Assembly (NCBI GenBank): GCA_951406725.2
Contig: OX597817.1
Span: 37,262,001-37,326,000 of the forward strand
Source of the DNA: Octopus vulgaris
Taxonomy: Eukaryota
Length of the DNA stretch: 64,000 bases
Reading direction: 5' to 3'
In this document: in pieces, positions 1 to 13,412 of the stretch
How positions within the stretch are numbered: position 1 is the stretch's first letter
How the letters are laid out: each line of letters begins with the position of its first letter
Notes under the pieces: generated by a model
Told to the model about the DNA's origin: nothing
The model's input: the letters and a program-made list of their open reading frames with translations, nothing else
Database searches by the model: none
Made by a program: the position numbers and the translations under genes

Positions 1-409
1 CGATTACTCATTTTTCTGACAATCAATCTCGCTCTATTTCAACGATAACCATCTATGCGTAAATAATTAATTAATGCCATAATCCCCCACTTCCTCCCCA
101 ACTTTCCAGTTTAAAGGTATTTTATCCCTACTTCTAGCACACAGTATCCAATCCGTTGGATCCTATTCTATTTCATTATATTTGCCATAAAGGCAGTACA
201 TAGCGTATAGTAGTTTTGCGGGCTGGACAAGGACATTAATGAAACGAATGATAACGAAACAAGGATGATAAGAATGGGAGAAGACAAAAAGCGCCCGCCG
301 ACTTTTGATTCTCTAAAACATTGTTCTTTAAAAACAAAGACAAAATGAGGTATTAAACGTTTTAGAGTTTTTTTACAATTTTTTGGACTGCATAGTCCTT
401 TACAAATAA

Positions 410-805
410 CTAGCAGTATCGCCCGGCGTTGCTCGGGTTTGTAAGGGAAATAACTATATAAGCATTTTTAGAGAGTTATAGCCAAAAAATAGCAAAAAAA
501 TGCATTAAAAATGGAAAAAAAAATTATGGTAATTTTTTTTTAAATCGTTGACTCATCGTAGACATTTTTAGAGAGTTACTTCCCTTATATAATAGCGAAA
601 AAAATGCATTAAAATGGAAAAAATGATGGTATTTTTTTTTAAATCGTAGACTCATCGTAGACGCGCGCTAATACCCAGACGGGCTCGATATGAATCATGA
701 CTATAAGATACCCGGTTTTGGTTAAACTGCACCGCAAAATGTGGAAGTAGTTAGGAATCTAAATCGTAGGAGACAGACACACAACTTCTCTTTTATATAT
801 AAAGA
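410..805 (-). mobile_element. Non-autonomous Helitron-like element
   Basis: The minus strand starts TC (TCTTTATATATAAAAG) after an A and ends CTAG before a T, i.e. an A|T target with no TSD. A GC-rich subterminal hairpin ACCCGAGCAACGCCGGGC lies ~10 nt from the 3' end. There is an internal ~100 bp tandem duplication (463-562/563-662). Confidence 0.8.
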
Positions 806-1366
806 TTACATAGTTCACAAAACTCAATCTTCCTCCTCCCCAACCAGGCTGTGCGCTACCCTTAGGCACTATTTATCACATCGTTGTTGTTTAACTCGGT
901 GGCATTCAACTCACATGCTTCCAAACATTAGTATTACCATATTTTTTGTCTCCTTCAACGCTCTATTAATAACAATGGTGTTGGACAAATTTAATAGTTT
1001 ATAACCGTTTTAAATTTATTAGACTATGTAATTTATTTGCCCCATTTTCATTCCTCACAACGCACTCAATGAAAAATATTAAGCCCAAATCATTCCTGGT
1101 CGAACAGATCTAGTTTTAAAAGTATTCCAGGATGGGTATCTTATACATATATATATATATATCATAATTATTTGGGGGAATATTAATATTAATTTGAGGG
1201 AATATAATTCTACCAATTATATACGTTTTTATTATTTATTTGCAATTTACTTAATCATCGGTATTTTATTGTTATTTTAATTTTAATATTTTTATTATAT
1301 GTAATTTTCTAGATGGTGTAATTTAATTGTTCATTTTGAATTGATAAAAGGTGGTTTTTTTTCTTA

Positions 1367-1549
<183 letters not shown>

Positions 1550-1839
1550 GTATGTATGTATGTATGTATATATGTATGTATATGCATATGTATATATATA
1601 TATCTAAGGATATAGTCTCGTTTAGTTTTGTAAGACAGAAAAATGTGCTTTAAGGGATATATGGTGATATTTCTAGCATTGTATTAACGATAGGAACTGT
1701 ATAAACTATATGGTTGATATAACCCAACGTATAGATTACATTTTATGTAAATGTATGTTATAGTTACATACTTCACATAGACACAAACATATATAGATAT
1801 ATACAATATATACATACATACATACTATCCATACGTATA

Positions 1840-1881
<42 letters not shown>

Positions 1882-2140
1882 TTGCTTTTCTTGGTCATAT
1901 ACTAGCAGACGGTACCTATAACGAGATATGTTTCTTATTTCATAATTGAACAGTATTGTGCTAAGTTAAAACTGAATCGATATATCAGTCAGTGTGAAGC
2001 TACAGTATTCCTGTATATTCCACTATATATATTTGCATATACGTTGCGTATCTGTATACTCGCACAGGAGTATATAGATATGTGTATACATGTGTATAAA
2101 CACGCACACAATATACATAAATATATATATATATATATGG

Positions 2141-2174
<34 letters not shown>

Positions 2175-2206
2175 ATATATGGATATATGTATATATATGG
2201 ATATAT

Positions 2207-2257
<51 letters not shown>

Positions 2258-2959
2258 CATATATATATACATATGCATATATATATATATACATACATAC
2301 GCATGTTACCCAGAATTTATTAGTTTTTGTGCTTTTGCCTTTATAATTCCTCGTATATGCTTCAATGAACCTTACTACTTTATCGTAGAGGTATGTATCT
2401 TCAAGGCATGTGTGTGTGTGTGTATGTGTGTATAGGTATGCGCATGCGTGCGTATGCTCATGTATGCAATTCAGTCAATTGTTTATAAAACACAGGCAAC
2501 CACAAACCCAAGTAAGGAACACGCTTTCCTAAACATAATAAACCGGAACTTTTTCCTGACACACAAATATTCGCAATTCGCGTTTCCGTTTATTTCAGAA
2601 AAATCATTCAGTCAGTTTATTACCTTCAATTCAGCAATCCCATAATATTCTTTCTATAATGTTTCGCTATGCAATAATGGTCTCACCAAACTGTAGTTTA
2701 TATATTTATGCATCTATGTGCGTATATATTTACAGTGTATATGTGCATTCATATACTATACACACAGACATATATATCTGTATACGTATACACATACGCA
2801 CACACACACAAACACACACACACATATATATGCTGGATATGAATGCATAAGTGTATGATACATATATATATATATAACAGCATATTAAGCACTCACACAC
2901 GTTACATATTCATGTACATCTTTATATTTATCTACATACATGTATAGGTAGATACATGT

Positions 2960-2993
2960 ATAGACAGACAGATAGATAGACAGACAGATAGAC

Positions 2994-3082
<89 letters not shown>
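2960..3082. repeat. (GATA/GACA)n microsatellite
   Basis: Read directly from the sequence. Confidence 0.97.
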
Positions 3083-4277
3083 TGTATCTCTGTTTGTAAT
3101 GTGTGTGTACATATAGATAATTGGTAGTCGCTTCTACAGTACACATTTCTATCTCATTTAATAATCTAATACCGAGGTATTTTTTCGGAAACTATTAAAT
3201 AAATAATTTAAAATTAATTAGAATTATGACAAAAAATTTTGTTTCTATCGAGGTGTAGAGAGTAGACAAATGGTGAATATATCACACAAGACAGATATAT
3301 ATAATTGTATAGAATACAAGTACAATTAAGAGTACAGAAGCAACCATGCATATATTCTGAAAATATACGCCTAATACATTTAAGATTTTGAGTGGCTAGA
3401 CGTATTTGGCGTCTATTTTCAGCATATAAGCAGGGTTACTTATGTGCCTTCAATTATAATTGTATTCAATACAATTATAATATCTCTCTATATGAATTTT
3501 ACCTAAAAGTTTACTTTTTAATATGCAGGCTACTGACAAAATTCATTAATTTTAATGATTTTATCCTTTAATTATGTCTGTATATATATATATATACGAA
3601 TATTTGAGACAATATGACGACAAAAATCAGTCCTCCATACTCTACCAAAGTGTTAAGGACCAACATGAAGTACACTGCGTCACCTTGGCACCCGCATTTC
3701 CTTGAAGCACCCGAAGGACCCAACACTCAGACAAATACAGGAGTACGTCCTCATAAATGAAACATCTCCAGGACTAAATAGGGAATATATGCAGAAGATA
3801 GTCATGCCTCAATACCCACAGTTATATATACACAGGCAGAGTTGTTAGTAGGATGTTATGTAGACGTATACACACACACATAAATAAATATGGAAGTATA
3901 CAGATAGGTAAATAGATAGACAACATAGGTAATACGGAAGAACAAGTACGCACACATACACATTTACAAAACGCAAATGAAGACTGAAACATATGACCAT
4001 ATAAACACCAGCACACTTCACAGACGCACACACAAAGGTACATATGGAGACATATCCATACATAACAGACACACGCACATATTCACACAAACCTATACAC
4101 ATAGACACACAAACATGCACATACAAGGAGACAGAGGTGCACATACAAATATACACACATACAAATACAGGCACACACTCACATGCATACACACACACAC
4201 ACATATATGTAATTAATCTGGTACATAAGCCTATGTTTAGACACATAGCTGACAAAATAGAGTAAGGCTGAATTTTA

Positions 4278-4430
4278 GAAAGCAGTGTGGTCATGTGGTA
4301 AGAACTTTGCTTTCCAATCACGTGGCCTCTGGTTCAGTCCCATTGAGTGGCACCTTGGGCAAGTGTCTTTCAATATAGCCTCGAACCGACCATAGTCTTG
4401 GTAGACAGAAAGTGCAAGAAGCCAGTCATA
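4278..4430 (+). mobile_element. SINE family C (tRNA-derived, CORE-like), 5' fragment
   Basis: Head TGGTCATGTGGTAAGA...GGTTCAGTCCCATTG followed by CACCTTGGGCAAGTGTCTT; matches the reverse complement of 17380-17508. Confidence 0.75.
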
Positions 4431-5027
4431 TATACCTATGTGTGTGTGTGTGTATGTGTATTTATGTATACATATGTATATATGCATGTATGTGTGTGTG
4501 CTTACGTGTGTGTGTGTCTTTGTGTCACAGAAAGTTTATGAATATGCTTTACTCTAGGCAGCTGAACTTACCTAAAATCGAGCTTATCTTTCAGTGCAAG
4601 GATTTAGTAGTTAATTGCATATTAGGTAATTGTCTATTACTTATTTGGCCTCAATATCTGTGGGAAGGAAAAGAAGACAATTAAGGAATCTCGGATGAAT
4701 CATCATGCATGGCATGCCTTTGTGTGAGGGTGTGTGTGCGTGCATAATGAGAGAGAAAGAGAGAGTAAGCGAAAGAGATTCTACATTAATGTGTTCTTTA
4801 TCCTGTGGTCATCCAGAAGTAGATATATTTTTTTGACCGCTCAAATGTACTGATTCATGAATAGTCATACCGTCTTAAAATCTGAAGGGATACATTGGAT
4901 TATATAGTCCTAAGCATTCATTCTATACTTTGATGTACAGGAATAGAGAAGGGAGGCAGTTTCTTGATGGACCGTTTTTTCGCTTTGTTGACCCTATTTC
5001 CATCTGCAATCAATACTGTAGAATATT

Positions 5028-5448
5028 CAGTAGTTATGAAAAATCGTCGAGTGTCAGGTGGACTGGTCCTGAGCTCATTTAAAATAAACTGCAGAAATCT
5101 CTTTTCTCATATGTCCACAAGATCAGGTTCGATCTTCAACTAAACGCTAACAGAGAAAGAAAAAACACCACCCCCGAATAACATTCATCAACCGCTACCT
5201 TATTTTCCTTATATATCATCCAACGGAAACCATCTGCAGACGCCAGTCAGCGAGTCCGTTACAGCAATAAAAAATATGTTTTAGCACAACGCATTCCAGG
5301 TTATTGACCCAGTAGAACTTACATATAGACAGATTATATATAGAGATGATTGTAGCGTGAAGTACAATTGCTTAACAAACGAAGATTTGTGGTGAGGACT
5401 TGACGTGCAACGAACTTAGCACTTTCAGTTATGTTCATCAGGTCATTT

Positions 5449-5520
<72 letters not shown>

Positions 5521-5788
5521 TGTGTGTGTGTGTGTGTCTGTGTATTATACATTTTGTAGTTAAAAAGGCCCGAATCAGAAGTACTGAAATGTATTTGAAT
5601 AATACAAATCCAAGCTGTGAGAAAATATATATGTAAATACATTCCATGCTCTTTATATTTGGCAAAATATTAGCAGTAATTCTTGTGTTAATAATCAGAA
5701 AATGAGACCAAATACGTCTTCTCTAAAGGGCAATTAATAAATCTTTAGCCAGTCTACCCGACACTCGACCATTTATCTCGTATTACTG
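5028..5788. mobile_element. Old MITE/DNA-transposon relic with ~40 bp imperfect TIRs (CAGTA...TACTG)
   Basis: 5028-5066 CAGTAGTTATGAAAAATCGTCGAGTGTCAGGTGGACTGG is an inverted copy of 5749-5788. The right end is followed by TA, as in pogo/Tc1-type ends. Confidence 0.5.
5452..5537. repeat. (GA)n(TG)n microsatellite
   Basis: Read directly from the sequence. Confidence 0.97.
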
Positions 5789-5867
5789 TAACACAGAAGT
5801 AATGTGTTTATATTCCCATTTCTCCCACTTTTTATTACAATCCTGAGCCGAATGCCCTAACCACTAA

Positions 5868-6183
5868 GCGCGTGGTTAAGTCGTTAGGACGTTCGGCTCA
5901 CGATTGTAAGGTCGGGATTTCGATTCCCAGCGACGCGTTATGTGCTTGAGCAAGACACTTTATTTCACGTTGCTCCAGTCCACTCAGCTGGAAAAAATGA
6001 GTTGTACCTGCATTTGAAAGGGCCGGCCTTGTCACACTCTGTAACACGCTGAATCTCCCTGAGAACTACGTTAGGGATACACGTGTCTGTGGATTGCTCA
6101 GTCACTTGCACGTTAATTTCACGAGCAAGCTGTTCTGTTGATCCTATCAGCTGGGACCCTCGTCGTCGTAATCGACGAGGTGC
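5868..6183 (+). mobile_element. tRNA-derived SINE with CORE-like body and family B tail
   Basis: Pol III A/B box-like head (TGGTTAAGTCGTTAG...TTTCGATTCCC). Body CTTGAGCAAGACACTTTATTTCACGTTGCTCCAG. Tail CACTTGCACGTTAATTTCACGAG...CGTCGTCGTAA is shared with the copies at 10126 and 61073. Confidence 0.85.
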
Positions 6184-6311
6184 TTCTCCTCCTCTCCTAC
6201 ATCTAGATTTTTAAATATTTAAATTAATTACAGAGCTTATGATATATTCTGTCATGAGCATAAAATATCTGTTGTTAAATTTAAGGCGAGTTATCAAAAT
6301 TTCAATTAATA

Positions 6312-6754
6312 AAGCGGCGAGCTGGGAGAAACGTTAGCACGCCGGGCGAAATGCGTTGCCGTATTTAGTCTGCCATTACGTTCTGAGTTCAAATTTCGCC
6401 GAGATCGAATTTGCCTTTCATCCTTTCGGGGTCGATGAATTAAGTACCAGTTACGCACTGGGGTCGATGTAATCGACTTAATCCGTTTGTCTTTCCTTTT
6501 TTGTCCCCTTTGTGTTTAGCCCCTTATGGGTAGAGCTGGCAGAACCGTTAGCACACCAGGCGAAATGCGTAGCCGTATTTCGTCTGCCGTTACGTTCTGA
6601 GTTCAAATTCCGCCGAGGTCGACTTTGCCTTTCATCCTTTAGGGGTCGATAAAATTAAGTACCAGTTACGCACTGGGGTCAATGTAATCGACTTAATCCG
6701 TTTGTCTGTCCTTGTTTGTCCCCTCTATGTTTAGCCCCTTGTGGGTAATAAAGA
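6312..6754 (+). mobile_element. SINE family A, tandem dimer
   Basis: Two monomers (6312-6530, 6532-6754), each GAGCTGGCAGAA...GAGTTCAAATTCCGCC (B box), then GTCGACTTTGCCTTTCATCCTTTCGGGGTCGATAAA (resembles a Deu/Nin-type central domain), then the tail TTTAGCCCCTTGTGGGTA. Confidence 0.9.
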
Positions 6755-7446
6755 TACATATATATGTATATATATATATATATATATATTAACTACTCGC
6801 TTTCTCGTATTATATGACTGCATTCTTTAACTAATGAATATTCTACACTATTGATTGCAAATGGAAATAGGGTGCGTCTTTTCTGAGAATTGGTCAACAA
6901 ATCGAAAAAACAATCTATCGAGAAACTGCCTCGCTTCTCTTTTTCCTGTACATCAAAGTATAGAATGAATGCATATCTATATTGCTATTTCTCTAAAATC
7001 CATTCCTTCCAATACTCATACATACACGGGATAGAGAGATGAGATGGTCACGGTTAGATCGCGTTTGATCATACCATACGTTTATTAGATCAGACCAGAC
7101 CGGAAGTATTCAATAAAAATTACACAAGGAACAGTTGCGTTTAGTCATTTAATTCTATTCTGAGAAATTCTTTCATCGTTACACAATTAGAAATTATTTA
7201 TAACTATGTGTCTTTATGCATATTTTTATCTAAAAATATTTCATTACTCTCATCTATTTACATCAATGTCTCAGCTTCTCTTTATATTTATCTTCATATT
7301 GGTATTTTTGCCTCAAGCTTTCGATAATATAAATACACATACACATATATACATACACACACATAATGTTATATTACTTATACGCACAAATACACACGGC
7401 TTGCCTCACATGTTCACAAATTTGTGCGTGTGTTTCACTTAGTGTA

Positions 7447-7523
<77 letters not shown>

Positions 7524-7559
7524 ATGTATGTATGTATATGTATAGATATTTATTTACAT

Positions 7560-7602
<43 letters not shown>

Positions 7603-7603
<1 letters not shown>

Positions 7604-7991
7604 CTCTCTTTTACTCTTTTACTTCTTTCAGTCATTTGACTGTGGCCATGCTGGGGCACCGCCTTTAGTCGAGCAAATCGACTCCGGGACTTATTCTTTT
7701 GTAAGCCCAGTACTTATTCTATCGGTCTCTTTGCCGAACCGCTATGACGGGACGTAAACACACCAGCATCGGTTGTCAAGCAATGCTAGGGGACAAACAC
7801 AGACACACAAACATATACACACACACTTATATATATATATATACATATATACGACAGGCTTCTTTCAGTTTCCGTCTACCAAATCCACTCAAAAGGCATT
7901 GGTCGGCCCGGGGCTATAGCAGAAGACACTTGCCCATGCCACGCAGTGGACTGAACCGGAACCATGTGGTTGGTTATACTTACCACACAGC

Positions 7992-7994
<3 letters not shown>
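7603..7994 (-). mobile_element. SINE family C, near full length
   Basis: Highly similar to 17089-17508. The tail on the minus strand is GGCGGTGCCCCAGCATGGCC...GAAGTAAAAGAGTAAAAGAG. Confidence 0.9.
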
Positions 7995-8041
<47 letters not shown>

Positions 8042-8045
<4 letters not shown>

Positions 8046-8091
8046 TATAGATATAAATGTGATGTATGAATGTATAGATATTTATTTACAT

Positions 8092-8142
<51 letters not shown>

Positions 8143-8190
8143 TTATATATATAAATGTGATGCATGTATATGTATATTTATTTACATGTT

Positions 8191-8226
<36 letters not shown>

Positions 8227-8271
8227 TTATATATATAAATGTGATGCATGTATATGTATATTTATTTACAT

Positions 8272-8321
<50 letters not shown>

Positions 8322-8340
8322 ATGTAAATAAATATATACA
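8042..8340. repeat. Tandem array of ~95 bp units containing (TA)n, with a terminal inverted copy
   Basis: AAATGTGATG...TATTTATTTACATGTTTA(TA)n occurs three times, with a related copy at 7521-7600. 8314-8340 is its reverse complement. Confidence 0.85.
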
Positions 8341-9099
8341 CACATACATACATACACTCTGTGTGTGAGTGCGTGCATGCGTATCTGTGTGTATGTGTGT
8401 GTGTCTTTCTATTTGCACTTTCATCACTTATTCACTTAGTAGTTCATTTATATCTTATTTTGTTTATTTATAAGAGTTACTTAACAAAAATGAATTCCGT
8501 TTTAAAAGCATTGTTTCTTAAAATAAAATGCAGAAATATCTCATTTTCTAAACAAGCCAGCTATACTCAAACGTAGCATAGTTAATTCATTTACCACCTC
8601 AGCTTATGCCATTTGTTTCCTTTTTACGCTAGTTTTTCACCAATATATTTTATTCTTTTCAATTTCATGTTTGTTAATGAAAATAAAAATGCCTTCTGTC
8701 TTAGTTAAACACCATTTATTTTGAGAAATGGTGTGTTTTGGGTTCGGTAAGGAAGCTGGATGTGCATACTTTCACCCACAGCATTAAAAGGTGAGAGAAG
8801 TGGATTACATTCAACAGTAATTCCAACGTGTTTACAAATAGCCAAGCGTTTATTTCTTATTCCATGACTCAATTTTCCGCATTTAATTCCAATTGGAAGA
8901 GATCTAGTTAACTGTTAGACATTCTATTTGCATATGGTTTCAAAGTGTACAACACAGAAACTGTTTCATTCGACTCAGGTGTTTTTGTATGAAATCCATT
9001 CCATGAATTGTGTTAATTATTGCAACAAATTAAAAACCAATATTTCACAAAGGAAGTGTGATGGATTGCCGGCATAATATCCACATTTCATGAAATATC

Positions 9100-9616
9100 T
9101 CTCTTTTATATTTTACTTGTTTCACTCATTGGATTGCAGCCGTGCTGCTGTACCATATTGAAGGGTCTTATGGAAATAATCGAGACCAGTTCATTTTTGT
9201 TTAACCTTGTGCTTATTTTATTGGTCTCTTTCGCCGAACTGATAGCCTAGGGCAGTGCTGCGCAACCTTGTTTCACTTGCGGTACACTTATATTCTTTTC
9301 AAAATTCGGCGGTACACCTGAACCAACTAAATATATAACTAAAAGTACAGGGGGGAAAAGTGTTTTCAGGCTACACTGCGACACACCTAGCACCGCCTTA
9401 TGGTACACCAATATGTCACGGTATACCGGTTGCGGAGCACTGGTCTACTGGAAGTAAAAATATCCAACACCGGTTGTCAGGTGATGGTGTTGGTCTTCTG
9501 CACAATTTCCATCAACCAAATTTATTCAGAAAGCATTAGCCAGGTTCAGAGCTGTGGTAGTAGACGTTTGCCCAAGTCATGTAATGGGACTGAACAGGAA
9601 ACCACATGGTTATAAG
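9100..9616 (-). mobile_element. Degenerate SINE family C interrupted by a MITE
   Basis: TTTTACTTGTTTCACTCATT...GGTCTCTTTCGCCGAAC lies before the MITE; CAACACCGGTTGTCA...TTGCCCAAG...GGGACTGAAC lies after it. Confidence 0.7.
9253..9442. mobile_element. hAT (Charlie-like) MITE, 190 bp
   Basis: 15 bp TIRs CAGTGCTGCGCAACC / GGTTGCGGAGCACTG. The flanking 8-mers GCCTAGGG and GTCTACTG resemble a decayed NTCTAGAN hAT TSD. Confidence 0.75.
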
Positions 9617-9769
9617 TTTATATTTATGAAACTATAAAATCCGTATCATAATTTGAATTTTACTCAGAATGACTTTTACTTTCGTCCCTTTTCAGTTTAT
9701 GCTTAGTAAAGTTCATTTGCTTAAAGCCTTTGATCACATGTTTACTCTATCAAGAGGGCTTCCAGTAGC

Positions 9770-9770
<1 letters not shown>

Positions 9771-9830
<60 letters not shown>

Positions 9831-9842
9831 GAGTAGTAGTAG

Positions 9843-9888
<46 letters not shown>
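9771..9888. repeat. (TAG)n microsatellite
   Basis: Read directly from the sequence. Confidence 0.97.
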
Positions 9889-10125
9889 CCTATTCATGTT
9901 TTCTATTTTGATGTGCACAATGATAGAATTATATGCCAAATGCAACATGAGATATAAAATTGACTTCAGAAGTATAATAAATAGGTCTTTAGAAATGCAT
10001 ATTTCTGTCTCATATACTTGTATCATGTTCTTGATGTTTGTAGCGGAATGAAAGTTTTTTGCGTACTGCTGTTGTTTAGACCAAGAAATACTCTAACCAG
10101 ATCGACCCATGATCAAAGGTGTAGA

Positions 10126-10448
10126 GGCGCAATGGCCCAGTGTTCAGGGCAGCGGACTCGCGGACGTAGAATCGCAGTTTCGATTCCCAGAGCGGGCGTT
10201 GTGAGTGGTTATTGAGCGAAAACACCTAAAGCCCCACGAGGCTCCGGCACAACTCTCACTCTTTCTTCCTGTTTCTGTTGTACCTATATTTCACAGGGCC
10301 AGCCTTGTCATACTCGGTATCACACTGAATCTTCCCAAAAACTAGGTGTCTGTGGAGTGCTCAACCACTTGCACGTTAATTTGACGAGTAGGCTGTTCCT
10401 TTGATCGGATCAACTGGAACCTCGTCGTCGTAACCGATGGAGTGCCAC
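10126..10448 (+). mobile_element. SINE family B (tRNA-derived)
   Basis: Head GGCGCAATGGCCCAGTG...GTTTCGATTCCCAG; tail shared with the copies at 5868 and 61073. Imperfect TSD ATGATCAAAGGTGT (10109-10122) / ATGATCAATGGTAT (10456-10469). Confidence 0.9.
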
Positions 10449-12718
10449 GAAGACGATGATCAATGGTATTTCGGCTATGATCCTTTTCAAAGTGTAGGAT
10501 ATGATTTGATGAAGTTTTGGTTGCTATTTCTTGTCGGTCGACCACCTATATAAAGGCCTACTATGTTCTTGGGAGTCGAAAGTAATGCTGCAACTAACTT
10601 AACACAAATATAGGTTTCGCTTCTACATACTCCCGCATTCTTTTGAGTTTGTTCTAAGTCCAGGGATTGATTATTTGTAAATTTTCTGAAATTCTTCACA
10701 GACAACATTCTGGTCAACAAGTATAACGAAATTGATTATTAAACGTTCATCATTTCTTTTTCCTTTCATTTCTCCGCCATCAAAATTCGATCAGTATTCT
10801 CTGCAACTGTGACGAACAAAGCGGAACAAGAGACATTGATAAACTAAATCAATGTCTCTTTCGATTTTTGGTTATTGCTATTTCGTCTTACTATCGCTAC
10901 TAATGTCCTTTAAGAAGTAATATGCCTGCATCACAACATACTATATTTCTACAGTGTTAAGTAATAGTATTTCGGGTCGCTGAGAACAAACACATAAGTA
11001 ATAATGTTTTAGAACAAGTGAAAGCATCGCAAGCTGTATCTATTTCTGTGCTGTAGTTTAAACTTATCCTGATCACTCAAAGCAATACTTTGATCAACAG
11101 CATTTATGCATTGGCAATTCCATTCCATTCCATTTATTTTTAGTGTCAAATATAGCATATCTACCTCCAGACTTATTTAGCTTCAAACATCAGAATATCT
11201 GGAACCATATCTAATGTGTCTGTACGTTTTTAAAGATATCAAGTATGGCTTCAAAGAGATTGGGTCACTATTTTTAGCTTACGAATTAAAAACTACACAC
11301 CATCATATACACGAAGATTTTCCAACCAATACAAATTGTGGCCTGAATAATACATATCTGCCGCGGAGAACTCATATAAACGTTTATTTATGATATCCTC
11401 CTTTACGCTTGATAAAACCCATATAATAACAAAGTTTCTGTACCAAACCAGAAAACTTGTTTCCACCATCCCTTTCTATACAACCACTTTTCTCTGCTTT
11501 CATCACGCCTAAATTTTATTTACATAACGTCACCAACCAAGAGAAACAATAAATAAAACCTGAAGATTTAAAGAAAATCGCTGTCTCATGACAGCTAGTA
11601 AGCCGAAACTGACGCCACTGTCAAATTTTTACTTGTGAATGCCAATAAGTATGAATTCTACTAAAAAGTATTGAGTGACCATTTGCATTACTGTTTGTTT
11701 TTGTTTTTTATATATATATAACTTTATATAAAAGCAAACATTAGTATATATCATATTTCTATATATGTACGTAGTGCAACCAGAGTGCTAGCAAGCGAGC
11801 AAATTACCTACATAGACGAATAGACAGATAGACAAATAATTAGATTAATTAATTGATTGATTCTGTTCCTTCTTGTCCATTGAATAATCTAATATTCGTT
11901 GTTTGTACACAATAATCAGTAAGTAATCCAGGTTTTACAATCTATACCTTATCACCAAATATAATTACATGACATAGATTACATTAAAATAACTGTGTAT
12001 AGCATGTAAAATGTATTTATAAATGTGGAAAAGAACTGTCTGTAATAGTTTACCTCGCAGAAACTCCTCAGAGTCTTCTTTCCTAAAGATCGCACACCTT
12101 GCTCAGACTATCGAACGCGGTTCGTCAGATACGATGTTTCAACCTCCTTTTTTTCTCGTCAGTCGACATTCTAAACTAAATTGGAAAATATCTGCTGCGA
12201 CAGAGATCTGCAAAAAAACATTTACTGATTTGAGCGAAAGATTGTGACATGTAAACTAAATTAATATACAAAATAAAAGCAGCTTTTAAAAAATAGAAAA
12301 CGATACATATAGTATTTGCAAGGATAACTATAATATTCATTTTAACTCAGAAAGACTGTTTAAAGACGCCTGTGTTAACATACAAATAGGAAACTCAGAA
12401 TGTCGTCGGCGGATCGTCATAAAATGGTGTCGCTATATTTCCTGTATTCTATAAATTACCGCTTTTTAAATCTGAATTTTTCATAATTTTTGCAATTTAG
12501 AAATTTTCTGCCATTGTTGGTGTTTTATTTGTTCATTTATAAGGAAGAACAAATGGCGTTGACACCCTAGAGCCATTGTTTGCCGGTCACAGAACTATAA
12601 ATGCATTATCATTGGCTCTGATTATACACTCAGTGCTGGTTGTAATTTCATGGCCGAAATAAAGGAATTAAATTTAAAACAGAAACAAAACAAAGCAAAA
12701 CCAGAATATCTCTACTCC

Positions 12719-12907
12719 GTGACGTCACACAAGCCGATATTTTCGACTCAGTAAGTCTACACTTCGCAATGAGGAGTTGGTTGTCACATACACATATACG
12801 TAAGAATTGAAGCCTGTTGCTACGCGTGTGAAGCAGATGAGGGTGTGACCAGCCGTAACAGCGTCTAAAATGTGTCTCTACGGTATGTGCTCCTATATCT
12901 GACCAAT
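12719..12907. promoter_or_regulatory. Candidate promoter/enhancer motifs: CRE palindrome GTGACGTCAC and a CCAAT box
   Basis: GTGACGTCAC at 12719-12728 and CCAAT at 12903-12907, in a repeat-free, relatively CpG-rich island (~12000-13300). Motif evidence only. Confidence 0.3.
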
Positions 12908-13412
12908 CGTCTCTATGTCTAAAGTCCTTCGCTTTCAACGTTAACTATAGGAGCGCCAACAACGCCTGTTACTTCTAATAGGCAGCTTTCCAGTTTATCG
13001 ATCTCAATGCTGTTGGTTATGTTTATAATAATGTTAATTTGTATCCTCCTTGTATTTGCCTGCCTCTCTCTTTCTTTCTCTCCGATCTTATACGCGCACA
13101 AACAAGTGCAAAGATACACACATGCGCACACACGAAAGGTACACACAAATGTGCAATTTTTTTTTCCGTTGTCCTGAAATTTGATTGTCACATAACTTCT
13201 TGTTCTTTTTTCTATTCTTCTTGTTGCTTTTGTGGCTGTTGCCGCTGGACTCCGATTCTGCCTGACGAAATGGACCTATTATTAAAGTTGTTCTAGCCTT
13301 ACTAATCACATTTTAAATTTTCAATGTCATTGTTTTTTAAGAGAGTATAGTATAAAGCAAGTGGAAAATTCGCTACTACTCGATATGTGTGTGTGTGTGT
13401 GTGTGTGTGTCG

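Noticed and set aside
11585-11622. CTCATGA..GCCGAAAC..GTC hammerhead-like string
   Set aside because: The core is mutated and helices I and III cannot be formed convincingly.
12100-12165. Two CTGACGA motifs on the minus strand as hammerheads
   Set aside because: One lacks helix II; the other has GATA instead of GAAA and no helix I.
12570-12622. TAAATGCATTATC resembling miR-277 within a small hairpin
   Set aside because: The 3' half diverges and the stem pairs over only ~10 bp.
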